In this document: in pieces, positions 19,843 through 28,862 of the stretch
Position numbering within the stretch: the stretch's first letter is position 1
How the letters are laid out: every line of letters starts with the position of its first letter
The notes under the pieces: model-generated
The model's database searches: none
The model's input: the letters and a program-made list of their open reading frames with translations, nothing else
What the model was told of the DNA's origin: nothing
Position numbers and translations under genes: made by a program
Assembly (NCBI GenBank): GCA_964638425.1
Contig: CAZWYM010000003.1
Span: 16,289 to 80,288 of the forward strand
Length of the DNA stretch: 64,000 nucleotides
Origin: an uncultured Candidatus Saccharibacteria bacterium
GTDB taxonomy: Bacteria > Patescibacteriota > Minisyncoccia > Phycocordibacterales > UBA918
Direction of reading: 5' to 3'

Positions 19843-21183
19843 ATGGCACAAAAATGGAATCTACAGGACATCCGACCAGCCGGTACTGAGAAAACGGCAC
19901 CCCGTGGAGTTGCCCCTGTGCGAAAATCTCAAGACATTGCTCCTCGGCAAATGCGTGAACCAGAACAGCCAATAATGGCAGATCCCGACCTCGCAAGTAT
20001 CGACGTCATCGATGGAAACAGCGTTAAGCGAAAGCGAGTATTCGCTACAACGATTACAGCGCTCATTATCTTTGGGATTGGTTTTTTTGTGAATGTACTG
20101 CTCGGAGGAGCAGAGGTCATCGTTAACCCTCGAATGAAGGATGTTTCTGTGCAGGCCGATATTACCGCATATACAAAGCCTCAGGTAGGCGAACTCGGGT
20201 ATGAGTTACTCACGCTAAGTGATTCCGGAGAAAAGCAGGTTAAAGCAACAGGAAAAGAGACGGTATCACTCCGCTCAGAAGGTAAAATTTTCGTATACAA
20301 CACAAAAAGCACCTCACCCCAAAGGCTCATCAAAAACACACGTTTTGAATCAGCAGATGGTCTTATTTTCCGTATTAAGGAATCAATTGAAGTTCCACCA
20401 GTGAGCAAAGACGCGAAGGGTAATCTCGTTCCTGGCTCTGTCGTTGCTGATGTCTTTGCAGACGGAACCGGTGAGCAATATAACCTCCCACCATCACGCT
20501 TTACTGTTCCTGGACTCAAAGGTTCAGAACAATTTGATGCAATTTATGCCGAATCAACAGCTGGATTTACTGGCGGTTTTGAAGGGGAGAAGTACATTAT
20601 CGACGAAAAGGAGCTCGATACCGCAAAACAGGCACTCCATATTGAACTAAGAGACAAACTTATCGCACGTGTACAGGCAGAACGTCCTGCAGGATTTGTC
20701 CTCTACGATGACGCCATTACATTTACCTACACGTCACTTCCAGCAACAGAATACGGTGAATCTCTCGCAACAATCAAAGAAGAAGCACGACTTCAAGTAC
20801 CCATGTTCAAAGAACCTGAATTTGCAACATATCTCGCAGAAAAGTCTGTCCCTGACTATGCAGGGGAGCCCGTAACACTCTTTGACCCACTCACACTGAC
20901 ATTTGCATATACTGGGGCAACTACCTCACAGTCAGATATCGGGCAAAATAGTGAACTTGAGTTTACTCTCCAAGGAACAACCAAAATAGTGTGGGAATTC
21001 GACGAAAAAGAGCTACAAACAGCACTTATAGGTAAAAAGAAGACCGAAGCTACTGATGTCTTCTCGAAGTACTCATCGATAAGCCATGCGCAGGCAGAAG
21101 TTCGTCCTTTCTGGAAGACATCATTCCCAAAGACCATTGATGAGATCAAAATCACCACCGTTCTCGACCAAAAAGCACAGTAG
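19843..21183 (+). CDS. hypothetical membrane-anchored protein (446 aa)
   Basis: A basic, Pro-rich N-terminus is followed by one TM helix and a large soluble domain. No motif was recognised. Confidence 0.35.
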   Translation: MAQKWNLQDIRPAGTEKTAPRGVAPVRKSQDIAPRQMREPEQPIMADPDLASIDVIDGNSVKRKRVFATTITALIIFGIGFFVNVLLGGAEVIVNPRMKDVSVQADITAYTKPQVGELGYELLTLSDSGEKQVKATGKETVSLRSEGKIFVYNTKSTSPQRLIKNTRFESADGLIFRIKESIEVPPVSKDAKGNLVPGSVVADVFADGTGEQYNLPPSRFTVPGLKGSEQFDAIYAESTAGFTGGFEGEKYIIDEKELDTAKQALHIELRDKLIARVQAERPAGFVLYDDAITFTYTSLPATEYGESLATIKEEARLQVPMFKEPEFATYLAEKSVPDYAGEPVTLFDPLTLTFAYTGATTSQSDIGQNSELEFTLQGTTKIVWEFDEKELQTALIGKKKTEATDVFSKYSSISHAQAEVRPFWKTSFPKTIDEIKITTVLDQKAQ

Positions 21184-21261
21184 TGGGGAAGCTATACATT
21201 GCGTTAATACGCAATAGGTGCTAAAACTAAGGTACTGTATATGTTGTAAACAAAGCCAGGG

Positions 21262-21290
21262 TTGACGTCCTTGGTATAGTTTGTTAAACT
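21262..21290 (+). promoter_or_regulatory. sigma70-like promoter TTGACG-N17-TAAACT for infA-ribosomal operon
   Basis: The -35 TTGACG is at 21262-21267. A 17-nt spacer separates it from the -10 TAAACT at 21285-21290. This lies 10 nt upstream of the infA ATG. Confidence 0.5.
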
Positions 21291-21299
21291 CACAGACGT

Positions 21300-21524
21300 T
21301 TGATGCAAGAAAAATCAGACAAAGAAAATCTCGTCTATGGAACGGTAGAGGAGGCGCTCCCTAATGCGCTTTTTCGCGTTTTGCTGGATGGCACAGACAA
21401 GCCTATTGTCACATACCTTTCGGGTAAAATGCGAAAATTTAAAATTCGCGTACTCGTGGGGGATAAGGTTGCGGTAGTTCCTGAACCTTACGGTGGGAAA
21501 GCACGCATCGCTAAACGTCTTTAA
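21300..21524 (+). CDS. infA: translation initiation factor IF-1
   Basis: The S1-like IF-1 pattern …GTVEEALPNALFRVLLDGTDKPIVTYLSGKMRKFKIRVLVGDKV…. Confidence 0.9.
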   Translation: MMQEKSDKENLVYGTVEEALPNALFRVLLDGTDKPIVTYLSGKMRKFKIRVLVGDKVAVVPEPYGGKARIAKRL

Positions 21525-21527
21525 ATT

Positions 21528-21644
21528 ATGAAAGTACGATCATCAGTAAAAAAAATAAGTCCCGATGATACTATTGTCCGCCGACGCGGGTATGTGTATG
21601 TTATCAATAAGAAGAAGCCTCGTAACAAACAACGACAAGGATAA
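21528..21644 (+). CDS. rpmJ: 50S ribosomal protein L36, Cys-less (zinc-independent) variant
   Basis: A 38-codon ORF that is absent from the ORF track because it is under 60 aa. It translates to [38 protein letters not shown], which matches the L36 consensus MKVR.SVKK.C..C..I.R.G...VIC.NP.HKQRQG with the Zn ligands replaced. It occupies the canonical position between infA and rpsM. Confidence 0.85.
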   Translation: MKVRSSVKKISPDDTIVRRRGYVYVINKKKPRNKQRQG

Positions 21645-21646
21645 GT

Positions 21647-22024
21647 ATGAGAATTTCAGGTATTACAATCCCAGATGCAAAGCATCTTGAGTACAGTTTG
21701 ACAGCCGTTTACGGTGTTGGTCATGCTCGTGCTATTTCAATACTCAAAGAACTTAATATTGAACCTCGTAAGAAGGTAACTGACCTTACCACTGATGAGG
21801 AGAATGCAATTCGAGAGAAAGTTGAGTCATTCACTATTGAAGGTGAATTAAAGCGAGAAGTAAGTAGCAATATCAAGCGACTTAAGGATATTCAAGCGTA
21901 TCGTGGTTCACGTCACGCAAAGAGACTTCCAGCACGAGGACAGCGAACGAAGACTAACGCTCGAACGCTTAAAGGTGTTAAGAAGACTATGGGATCTGGA
22001 CGACGTAAGCTTGAGAAAACTTAG
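21647..22024 (+). CDS. rpsM: 30S ribosomal protein S13
   Basis: Full-length S13 similarity and operon position. Confidence 0.95.
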   Translation: MRISGITIPDAKHLEYSLTAVYGVGHARAISILKELNIEPRKKVTDLTTDEENAIREKVESFTIEGELKREVSSNIKRLKDIQAYRGSRHAKRLPARGQRTKTNARTLKGVKKTMGSGRRKLEKT

Positions 22025-22057
22025 TCTTTTCTCTCATTATTTATTATTGAATGACCT

Positions 22058-22489
22058 ATGGGTAAGAAACGAATCATCAAAAAAGGAGGGGGAAGCGATG
22101 CAAGCTCAACATCACGAGCACTTGCACGTATTCCAAAGAAAAAGGTTGCCATCGGCACGCTCAACATTCTTGCAACATTTAATAACACTATCGTTACCCT
22201 CTGTGATAATCACGGTAACACTCTTATTTCAGCATCAAGCGGAACTCTTGGCTTCAAGGGCTCTCGTAAGAGCACACCTTTTGCAGCTGCAAAGGTTGGA
22301 GAGATTATTGGGGACAAGGCAAATCAAATGGGTATGAAGGATGCAAACGTAGTTATTCGAGGAATAGGTGCAGGTCGAGAATCTGCATTGCGCGGATTTT
22401 CTGGTAAAGGAATTACCGTAACGAAGATTTCTGACGAAACACCAGTACCACACAACGGTCCACGCCCACCTAAGCCACGAAGAATCTAA
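22058..22489 (+). CDS. rpsK: 30S ribosomal protein S11
   Basis: Full-length S11 similarity. Confidence 0.95.
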   Translation: MGKKRIIKKGGGSDASSTSRALARIPKKKVAIGTLNILATFNNTIVTLCDNHGNTLISASSGTLGFKGSRKSTPFAAAKVGEIIGDKANQMGMKDANVVIRGIGAGRESALRGFSGKGITVTKISDETPVPHNGPRPPKPRRI

Positions 22490-22499
22490 TTATATACAT

Positions 22500-23111
22500 A
22501 TGATAATAGGTCCTAAATACAAAATAGCAAAAAGACTCGGAGCTCCGATTTTTGAGAAGACACAAACTCAAAAGTTTGCTCTTTCTGAGGCTCGTACTGC
22601 ACGAAACAAGAAGGTTCGACGCGGTGGAATGATGTCTGATTACAAGAAGCAACTTCTCGAGAAGCAGAAGATGCGATTTAGCTACGGTATTTCTGAAAAG
22701 CAACTTTCACGATACGTACACGAGTCACTTGAACACGGACACCAGCCAATCGCAGAACTTATCGGACGACTCGAATCACGTCTTGATAACGTTGTGTACC
22801 GACTCGGATTTGCAAAGACACGTCGTCTTGCACGTCAGGTAGTGTCACACGGTCACATCCTTGTGAACGGACGACGACTCAACATTCCTTCATACCGAGT
22901 AAGCATCGGAGATGTCATATCAGTGCGAGAGCAAAGCAAGCAATCTCCACTCTTCGTGACTCTCGATGAGACCCTTGCAGCACATACCCCTTCACACTGG
23001 CTTACCCTCGACGCAAAGAAGCTCGAAGGAGGTAAGGGTGCAGAACCAACATATGAGCCTTCTGAAACTCTTTTCGACCCACAGCAAGTCTTCGAATATT
23101 ACAGTCGATAA
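22500..23111 (+). CDS. rpsD: 30S ribosomal protein S4
   Basis: Full-length S4 similarity. Confidence 0.95.
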   Translation: MIIGPKYKIAKRLGAPIFEKTQTQKFALSEARTARNKKVRRGGMMSDYKKQLLEKQKMRFSYGISEKQLSRYVHESLEHGHQPIAELIGRLESRLDNVVYRLGFAKTRRLARQVVSHGHILVNGRRLNIPSYRVSIGDVISVREQSKQSPLFVTLDETLAAHTPSHWLTLDAKKLEGGKGAEPTYEPSETLFDPQQVFEYYSR

Positions 23112-23134
23112 TATTAATAAATAAGTTTAGTATC

Positions 23135-24106
23135 ATGCTTGAAACAAACGTAGCACTACCATCGAAGCCACGAGTTATCAATGAGGAGCAGTTCTCAGGG
23201 ATTTTTGAGATTGATGGACTTTACCCAGGGTACGGTCACACACTTGGAAACTCACTCCGAAGAATTATTCTTTCATCTCTTCCTGGTGCAGCAATCACAC
23301 AGGTTAAAATTGATGGAGTTCAACACGAGTTTTCTACACTTGCTGGTGTTAAAGAGGATGTCATTACACTCCTCCTTAACCTCAAACGAGTTCGTTTGCT
23401 CATGCACAGCGATACACCACTTACACTCACACTCAAGGCTTCAGGTGCACAAGTTGTAACTGCAGCGAGTATCGACGCTCCAAGCCAAATCACTATTCTT
23501 AACCCTGAGCAAAAGATTGCTGAGATTACAGAAAAGGGAACAACACTCAACATTGAAATCACTGTTGAACACGGTCTTGGATATGTACCTCGAGAAATTC
23601 ACCAGAAGGACAAGGTTGATATTGGAACAATTGCACTTGATGCAGTTTTCACACCAATCCGACGTGTAAACTACGAAGTAGAGAACATGCGTGTTGGTGA
23701 CCGAACAGATTACAACCGACTCCGAGTATTCATCGAGACTGATGGAACACTTACTCCACGAGCAGCACTTGAGAACTCAATCGAGATTATGGTTCACCAG
23801 CTCAAGGCTATCATTGGATTCCAAGAGCCAGTTGCATCAGCAGTGTTTGCAGATGCAGAAGGAAGTGATGCATCATCAAGCGACGATGCAGAAGTAGTCG
23901 ATGCTGATGTTCTTAAGACTCGAATTGAGACTATTGAACTTTCAACACGAACACAAAACGCACTTGAAGCAGCCAACATCCGAACCGTTGGGGGGCTTGT
24001 GCGTAAGAAGAAAGATGATATTCTAGCCCTCGAAGGTATGGGTCCAAAGGGTCTTGAAGAACTTGAGACTATCCTTGGCCGAATGAACTTAGGATTTAAA
24101 GAGTAA
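23135..24106 (+). CDS. rpoA: DNA-directed RNA polymerase alpha subunit
   Basis: Full-length RpoA with N-terminal dimerisation domain and alpha-CTD. Confidence 0.95.
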   Translation: MLETNVALPSKPRVINEEQFSGIFEIDGLYPGYGHTLGNSLRRIILSSLPGAAITQVKIDGVQHEFSTLAGVKEDVITLLLNLKRVRLLMHSDTPLTLTLKASGAQVVTAASIDAPSQITILNPEQKIAEITEKGTTLNIEITVEHGLGYVPREIHQKDKVDIGTIALDAVFTPIRRVNYEVENMRVGDRTDYNRLRVFIETDGTLTPRAALENSIEIMVHQLKAIIGFQEPVASAVFADAEGSDASSSDDAEVVDADVLKTRIETIELSTRTQNALEAANIRTVGGLVRKKKDDILALEGMGPKGLEELETILGRMNLGFKE

Positions 24107-24107
24107 T

Positions 24108-24461
24108 ATGCGACACCACAATCAAAACAGAACATTGGGACGATCTCGAAGCCAGCGAACGGCGCTCCTTCGTGGTCTCGCACTGTCTCTCATAGAGCAC
24201 GGACGAATTCAGACTACCGAAGCTAAAGCAAAGGAGCTTCGTCCGTATGTAGAAAAACTAATCACAAAGGGAAAGGAGGGGACTATCGCAGCACGACGTC
24301 TTGTTATGAGTAACCTCGGTGAGCCACATACAGACCTCGTTAAGAAGCTTTTTGATGACGTTGCAAAGCGATACACAGAAAGAAACGGTGGCTACACACG
24401 AATTATTAAGCTTGGTGAAACACCTGCAGGACGACGAGAAGCGTATATTGAACTTGTATAA
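24108..24461 (+). CDS. rplQ: 50S ribosomal protein L17
   Basis: Full-length L17 similarity. Confidence 0.95.
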   Translation: MRHHNQNRTLGRSRSQRTALLRGLALSLIEHGRIQTTEAKAKELRPYVEKLITKGKEGTIAARRLVMSNLGEPHTDLVKKLFDDVAKRYTERNGGYTRIIKLGETPAGRREAYIELV

Positions 24462-24466
24462 ATTAT

Positions 24467-24817
24467 ATGGAAAAGAAAGAATACATCATTGATGCAACAA
24501 ACAAGCGACTCGGTCGTGTAGCTACTGAGGCTGCATCAGTTCTTCTTGGTAAGAACACAACAAATTTCGCTAAGAATGTTGTTGAGCCTGTAGTAGTGAA
24601 AATCACTAATGCAAAGCTTCTCGATATTAGTGAAAAGCGTGCAACTGAAGAGTTCCAGAACTACTCAGGATACCCAGGAGGTCGTCGTGTTGAAACACTT
24701 GGACACCTTGGTGAACGACGTGGGTACGGAGAGGTTGTTCGAAGAGTTGTTGCAGGAATGATTCCAAAGAACAAGCTACATTCACCTCGAATGCTTAACC
24801 TCGAAGTAACTGAATAA
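24467..24817 (+). CDS. rplM: 50S ribosomal protein L13
   Basis: Full-length L13 similarity. Confidence 0.95.
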   Translation: MEKKEYIIDATNKRLGRVATEAASVLLGKNTTNFAKNVVEPVVVKITNAKLLDISEKRATEEFQNYSGYPGGRRVETLGHLGERRGYGEVVRRVVAGMIPKNKLHSPRMLNLEVTE

Positions 24818-24831
24818 TTATTTAATTTTAT

Positions 24832-25233
24832 ATGGAAACGAAACAATACGTAGAAGGCATTGGACGACGAAAGACAGCGACAGCGCGTGTTCGTATCACA
24901 AAGGCGAAAGAATCTCGCGTCATCGTGAACGACCAGCCAATCGCTGAGTATTTCTACGCATCAACTCTTCAGAAAAATATTATTTCAGTACTCGAAACAG
25001 AAAACGCAGGTATTGAGCACTACGAGGTAAGTGCAAAGGTACAAGGAGGTGGACTCAGTTCACAATCAGATGCAATCAAACTCGGTATTGCACGAGCACT
25101 TGTGAAGGAGAAGGCAGATCGACGTATTCCTCTCAAACGAGCAGGATACCTCAAGCGAGATCCACGTGCAGTGGAACGAAAGAAGTTCGGTCTCAAAAAA
25201 GCACGACGCCGCCCACAATGGTCAAAGCGCTAG
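24832..25233 (+). CDS. rpsI: 30S ribosomal protein S9
   Basis: Full-length S9 similarity with the K/R-rich C-terminus. Confidence 0.95.
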   Translation: METKQYVEGIGRRKTATARVRITKAKESRVIVNDQPIAEYFYASTLQKNIISVLETENAGIEHYEVSAKVQGGGLSSQSDAIKLGIARALVKEKADRRIPLKRAGYLKRDPRAVERKKFGLKKARRRPQWSKR

Positions 25234-25235
25234 TA

Positions 25236-25263
25236 AAAAGGCTCCACTACGGAGCCTTTTTTC
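25236..25263 (+). terminator. rho-independent terminator after rpsI
   Basis: AAAAAGGCTCC-actac-GGAGCCTTTTTT. Confidence 0.6.
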
Positions 25264-25266
25264 GCG

Positions 25267-25309
25267 CTTTGAAGTCGGAGACATGTTTCTGCTATTCATA
25301 ATGCAGAAA
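25267..25309 (+). repeat. repeat unit copy 1: 20-nt box CTTTGAAGTCGGAGACATGT plus hairpin with loop TATTCATAAT
   Basis: The box is at 25267-25286. The hairpin TTTCTGC-TATTCATAAT-GCAGAAA is at 25286-25309. Confidence 0.5.
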
Positions 25310-25399
25310 CGGTCGAGACGAGGTCGAAGAGTGCTTAATGTAATCAAGACAAAGTCTCTGATTGCATTTAGCAACTCGTGACCAAACGATAATTTTAAG

Positions 25400-25426
25400 A
25401 AAAGAGCCCCCTTCGGGCTCTTTTCT
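25400..25426 (+). terminator. second rho-independent terminator
   Basis: GAGCCC-cctt-cGGGCTCTTTTCTT. Confidence 0.5.
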
Positions 25427-25431
25427 TATCT

Positions 25432-25527
25432 CTTTGAAGTCGGAGACATGTGGCCAGAAAATAAGGAGCGCGAGCAACTATATTCTCTGAGCCTGTCTTA
25501 AAATCCTATTCATAATGGATTTTAAGA
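25432..25527 (+). repeat. repeat unit copy 2: identical 20-nt box plus hairpin with different stem but identical loop TATTCATAAT
   Basis: The box is at 25432-25451. The hairpin TCTTAAAATCC-TATTCATAAT-GGATTTTAAGA is at 25496-25527. Confidence 0.5.
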
Positions 25528-25548
25528 CGAAAGCTATTCAAAACAAAA

Positions 25549-25580
25549 ACAAACCCCCTGCAAACTTCGCAGAGGGTTTT
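25549..25580. terminator. bidirectional terminator-like hairpin flanked by A-tract and T-tract
   Basis: The sequence AAACAAACCCCCTGCAAACTTCGCAGAGGGTTTTAT. It lies downstream of minus-strand gene 25584..26102. Confidence 0.4.
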
Positions 25581-25583
25581 ATA

Positions 25584-26102
25584 TTACTTCTCAAACAGAT
25601 CTTTTTGACCACTTTTTCCACGACGCACAGTATCAAGATACGCCAACACATCTACCAACTTAAAGTGCTCCGAAACCTTAATGAAGGTAATCGGAATTGA
25701 TTGAAGGTTTTTGTGCATGAGTCGCACGACAACTACATACCGCACTCCGGCCAAGGTTTCATACGGCAATTTCCGAGCAACAGACTCAACGGTCGATATG
25801 TCTTTTGGGTCGGCTTCCTGGGTACCAGCGGTTACAAAACGCACAGCATGATCAAAAATTTTCCAATTTCTAAAATCAGAACCTTTAGGATGTACTGTAC
25901 CAACCACTCTGCCTCCAAACCCAATAAAGAAACCGTAACTATCATAGGGATGTTCTACTCCATGAATAAGTCCACATTGCGTTTCTTGTACATTATCAGG
26001 CCCAAGCTCCAACATCTGCACTGAAGTTGCTTTTGGCATCAATGGGTGCAAATCTTTGACCCATGGATACTCTCTAAATAGTGCTTCAACTTTCGCAGTC
26101 AT
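25584..26102 (-). CDS. hypothetical protein with conserved Cys/His motifs (QCGLIHG…HPYD)
   Basis: A 172 aa ORF with no confident family assignment. It is divergent from grpE. Confidence 0.4.
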   Translation of the reverse strand: MTAKVEALFREYPWVKDLHPLMPKATSVQMLELGPDNVQETQCGLIHGVEHPYDSYGFFIGFGGRVVGTVHPKGSDFRNWKIFDHAVRFVTAGTQEADPKDISTVESVARKLPYETLAGVRYVVVVRLMHKNLQSIPITFIKVSEHFKLVDVLAYLDTVRRGKSGQKDLFEK

Positions 26103-26248
26103 GTACCTTCTCCTTTACATTCAAAGAACAACAAAATAAAGGTACCCAAATGGATACCAAATACGCATAGCAAATACTCTGGTGAAAGAGTAGCATAGAT
26201 AGAATATTTTTGTCGAATGCAGGGGGCGATGCGCTGAAAGGTCTGACT

Positions 26249-26277
26249 TTGACAGACACTAAAAGTGGCTGTATAAT
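26249..26277 (+). promoter_or_regulatory. consensus sigma70 promoter TTGACA-N17-TATAAT for grpE-dnaK-dnaJ
   Basis: The -35 TTGACA is at 26249-26254. A 17-nt spacer separates it from the -10 TATAAT at 26272-26277. The grpE ATG is 9 nt downstream of the -10. Confidence 0.6.
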
Positions 26278-26286
26278 GCTCAAACT

Positions 26287-26871
26287 ATGGTAGAAAACAG
26301 CAATGTACATGACGAAAACGAAGTCTACGAAGCAGAGGAAGACCTCACACTGAGCGAGGAACTCGATGCGGAAGGAGAGGAAATGAACATCAAGGAGAAG
26401 CTCAAAAAGTTACGCGAAAAATTATCGGCCTGCGAATCTGAGAAGAAAGCCCACCTCGATGACCTCCAGAGAGTACGCGCCGATTTCCTCAACAGCAAAC
26501 GGAGACTCGAGGAACAACTCGCTCGCGATAAGGAACGAGCGACCGATAAAATCCTCATGGAACTTATTTCCCTCGTTGATAGTTTTGATACCGCAATGGC
26601 AGACAAAGCGCTCTGGGGAACAATCGACGAACGGTGGCGGAAGGGGGTAGAGGCGATACACACAAATCTTCTTTCCATCTTCAGAAACAACAACGTGACG
26701 ACTCTCGACCCACTCGGGGAACACTTCAATCCAGAAGAACATGAAGCAGTATCAAGTACAGAAGTAACCGACCCGGAAGAAGTTGATACCGTCACCGTTG
26801 TATTCCAGAAGGGGTTCAAACGAAATAACACCATCATCAGACATGCAAAAGTGGCCGTTGGAACAAAGTAG
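26287..26871 (+). CDS. grpE: nucleotide exchange factor GrpE
   Basis: An acidic N-terminus and coiled coil, with the C-terminal GEHFNPEEHEAV motif matching GrpE. It lies immediately upstream of dnaK. Confidence 0.85.
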   Translation: MVENSNVHDENEVYEAEEDLTLSEELDAEGEEMNIKEKLKKLREKLSACESEKKAHLDDLQRVRADFLNSKRRLEEQLARDKERATDKILMELISLVDSFDTAMADKALWGTIDERWRKGVEAIHTNLLSIFRNNNVTTLDPLGEHFNPEEHEAVSSTEVTDPEEVDTVTVVFQKGFKRNNTIIRHAKVAVGTK

Positions 26872-26917
26872 CATTTATTTTATTTACCACATTAACATTT
26901 AAATTCATCACAATATT

Positions 26918-28819
26918 ATGGCAAAAATTCTTGGCATCGATTTAGGAACAACAAACTCAGCAGTCGCTATCATTGAAGGTGGTGAACCGATCATCATCGA
27001 AAATGCTGAAGGCAACCGAACAACTCCGTCAGTTGTTGCTATCTCAAAGACTGGTGAACGACTCGTTGGTCAGATTGCCAAACGACAATCTGTAACGAAC
27101 CCAAAAAATACCATCTACGGTATCAAGCGATTCATGGGTCACAACTTTGATGAAAGTGCAGTTCAGAGCGACAAGGGCATCGTGCCATACGAAGTCAAAA
27201 AGGGAACAGACGGTGGTGTGGTCATTCATATGGGTGAAAAAGACCATCGACCTGAGGAAGTGTCTGCGATGATTCTTTCGAAGCTTAAAGCTGATGCAGA
27301 GGCAAAACTCGGTGAAAAAATCACTGAAGCAGTTATTACTGTACCTGCATATTTCAACGACGCACAGCGTAAGGCAACGCAAGACGCAGGAAAGATTGCT
27401 GGTCTCGATGTAAAGCGAATCATCAATGAGCCAACAGCCGCAGCACTCGCATACGGTTTCAATAAAAAAAATGAAGAGAAAATTGTTGTCTACGACTTCG
27501 GAGGAGGAACATTCGATGTGACTGTACTCGAAGTTGGTGACGGAGTCATTGAAGTGCAATCTACAGACGGAGATGCACACATGGGAGGGCGCGACATCGA
27601 CCAGCAAATCGTACGCCACCTTATTGCAGAATTTAAAAAGTCAGAAGGTATCGATCTCGGCAACGACCCACTCGCGCTTCAACGACTCGATGAAGCCGCA
27701 GAAAAGGCAAAGCATGAGCTTTCTTCTTCTGGAAACGCAGAAATCAACATTCCATTCATTACTTCAGATGCAAATGGTCCAAAGCATATGATGCATACAC
27801 TCACACGCGCAAAGCTCGAAGAGCTTGCAAGTGAGTACATCGACCGCTCAATCGAAATCACCAAGCGAGCACTCGAAGCGTCAGGACTCAAGAAGGAGGA
27901 AATTGACGAGATTATCCTCGTAGGAGGACAAACACGTATGCCACGTATCGTTGAACGGGTGAAAGAACTCTTCGGAAAGGAGCCAAACAAGTCAGTAAAC
28001 CCAGACGAGGTGGTAGCACTTGGAGCTGCTATTCAAGCAGGTATTTTCCAAGGAGACATCCATGACATCACACTCGTTGACGTAATCCCACTTTCACTCG
28101 GTATCGAGACTATGGGAGGTGTTTCTACAAAGCTTATTGAGAAGAACACACACATCCCAACAAAGCGTGACCAAGTATTCTCAACCGCCGCAGACAACCA
28201 AACGTCAGTAGAGATTCATATCACTCAAGGAGAACGTGGAATGGCTGCAGACAACAAGTCACTTGGACGATTCATCCTCGACGGAATCCCACCAGCTCCA
28301 CGTGGTATGCCACAAGTCGAAGTTATCTTTGATGTTGACTCAAACGGTGTACTCAATGTAATCGCAAAAGACAAATCAACCGGCAAAGAACAAAAGATTC
28401 GTATCGAAGCAAACTCAGGACTCACTCCAGAAGATATTGAGCGCATGAAGAACGATGCAGAGGCTCATGCAGATGAAGACCTCAAGAAGAAAGAGTTAGT
28501 TGAAACACGAAATCTCGCAGACCAACTCATCTACACTGCAGAAAAGTCACTTACCGATCACAAAGATAAAATTTCTGAAGAACTAAAGACTTCTGTTGAA
28601 GAAAAGGTAAAGGCACTTCGCGAAGTAAAGGATAAAGACGACGTTGAAGCAATCAAGACAAAGACACAAGAACTCAGTTCTGAGGTGCAAAAGATTGGAG
28701 AGGCAATGCAACAGCAACCAGCAGGTGAGACTGCAGGCCAGCCAGGAGGAACACAAGATAATGGCGGAATGCGTGATGCAGAAGTGAAGGAAGACGAAAA
28801 CAAGACAAACGAAGGCTAA
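26918..28819 (+). CDS. dnaK: molecular chaperone DnaK (Hsp70)
   Basis: [17 protein letters not shown]…DLGGGTFDV…[14 protein letters not shown]…, a full-length Hsp70. Confidence 0.97.
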   Translation: MAKILGIDLGTTNSAVAIIEGGEPIIIENAEGNRTTPSVVAISKTGERLVGQIAKRQSVTNPKNTIYGIKRFMGHNFDESAVQSDKGIVPYEVKKGTDGGVVIHMGEKDHRPEEVSAMILSKLKADAEAKLGEKITEAVITVPAYFNDAQRKATQDAGKIAGLDVKRIINEPTAAALAYGFNKKNEEKIVVYDFGGGTFDVTVLEVGDGVIEVQSTDGDAHMGGRDIDQQIVRHLIAEFKKSEGIDLGNDPLALQRLDEAAEKAKHELSSSGNAEINIPFITSDANGPKHMMHTLTRAKLEELASEYIDRSIEITKRALEASGLKKEEIDEIILVGGQTRMPRIVERVKELFGKEPNKSVNPDEVVALGAAIQAGIFQGDIHDITLVDVIPLSLGIETMGGVSTKLIEKNTHIPTKRDQVFSTAADNQTSVEIHITQGERGMAADNKSLGRFILDGIPPAPRGMPQVEVIFDVDSNGVLNVIAKDKSTGKEQKIRIEANSGLTPEDIERMKNDAEAHADEDLKKKELVETRNLADQLIYTAEKSLTDHKDKISEELKTSVEEKVKALREVKDKDDVEAIKTKTQELSSEVQKIGEAMQQQPAGETAGQPGGTQDNGGMRDAEVKEDENKTNEG

Positions 28820-28862
28820 GGAGGTACTATACAAGGACTTTTAACCAAGCCCGAACCCAACT

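Noticed and set aside
25267-25451. CRISPR array possibility for the repeated 20-nt box
   Set aside because: There are only two copies, the spacers are unequal (about 145 nt between copies) and no cas genes are adjacent. The lone Cas4-like nuclease at 11.8 kb is unrelated to this site.
25515-25700. 61-aa ORF starting at the ATG in hairpin 2 downstream of rpsI
   Set aside because: It runs through a bidirectional terminator hairpin and overlaps the 3' end of the minus-strand gene 25584..26102. It is more likely non-coding. Only the hairpin and box are conserved between the two units.
26103-26286. CIRCE/HrcA operator upstream of grpE
   Set aside because: No match to TTAGCACTC-N9-GAGTGCTAA was found. 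The only inverted repeat is a 6-bp TACTCT-N6-AGAGTA.
27044-27619. Long antisense ORFs inside dnaK, and similar ones inside leuS, pepA, the dacA-like gene and others in the ORF track
   Set aside because: They are fully embedded antisense to strongly supported conserved genes. They have low-complexity Ser/Cys/Arg-rich translations, typical of spurious reverse-strand ORFs.
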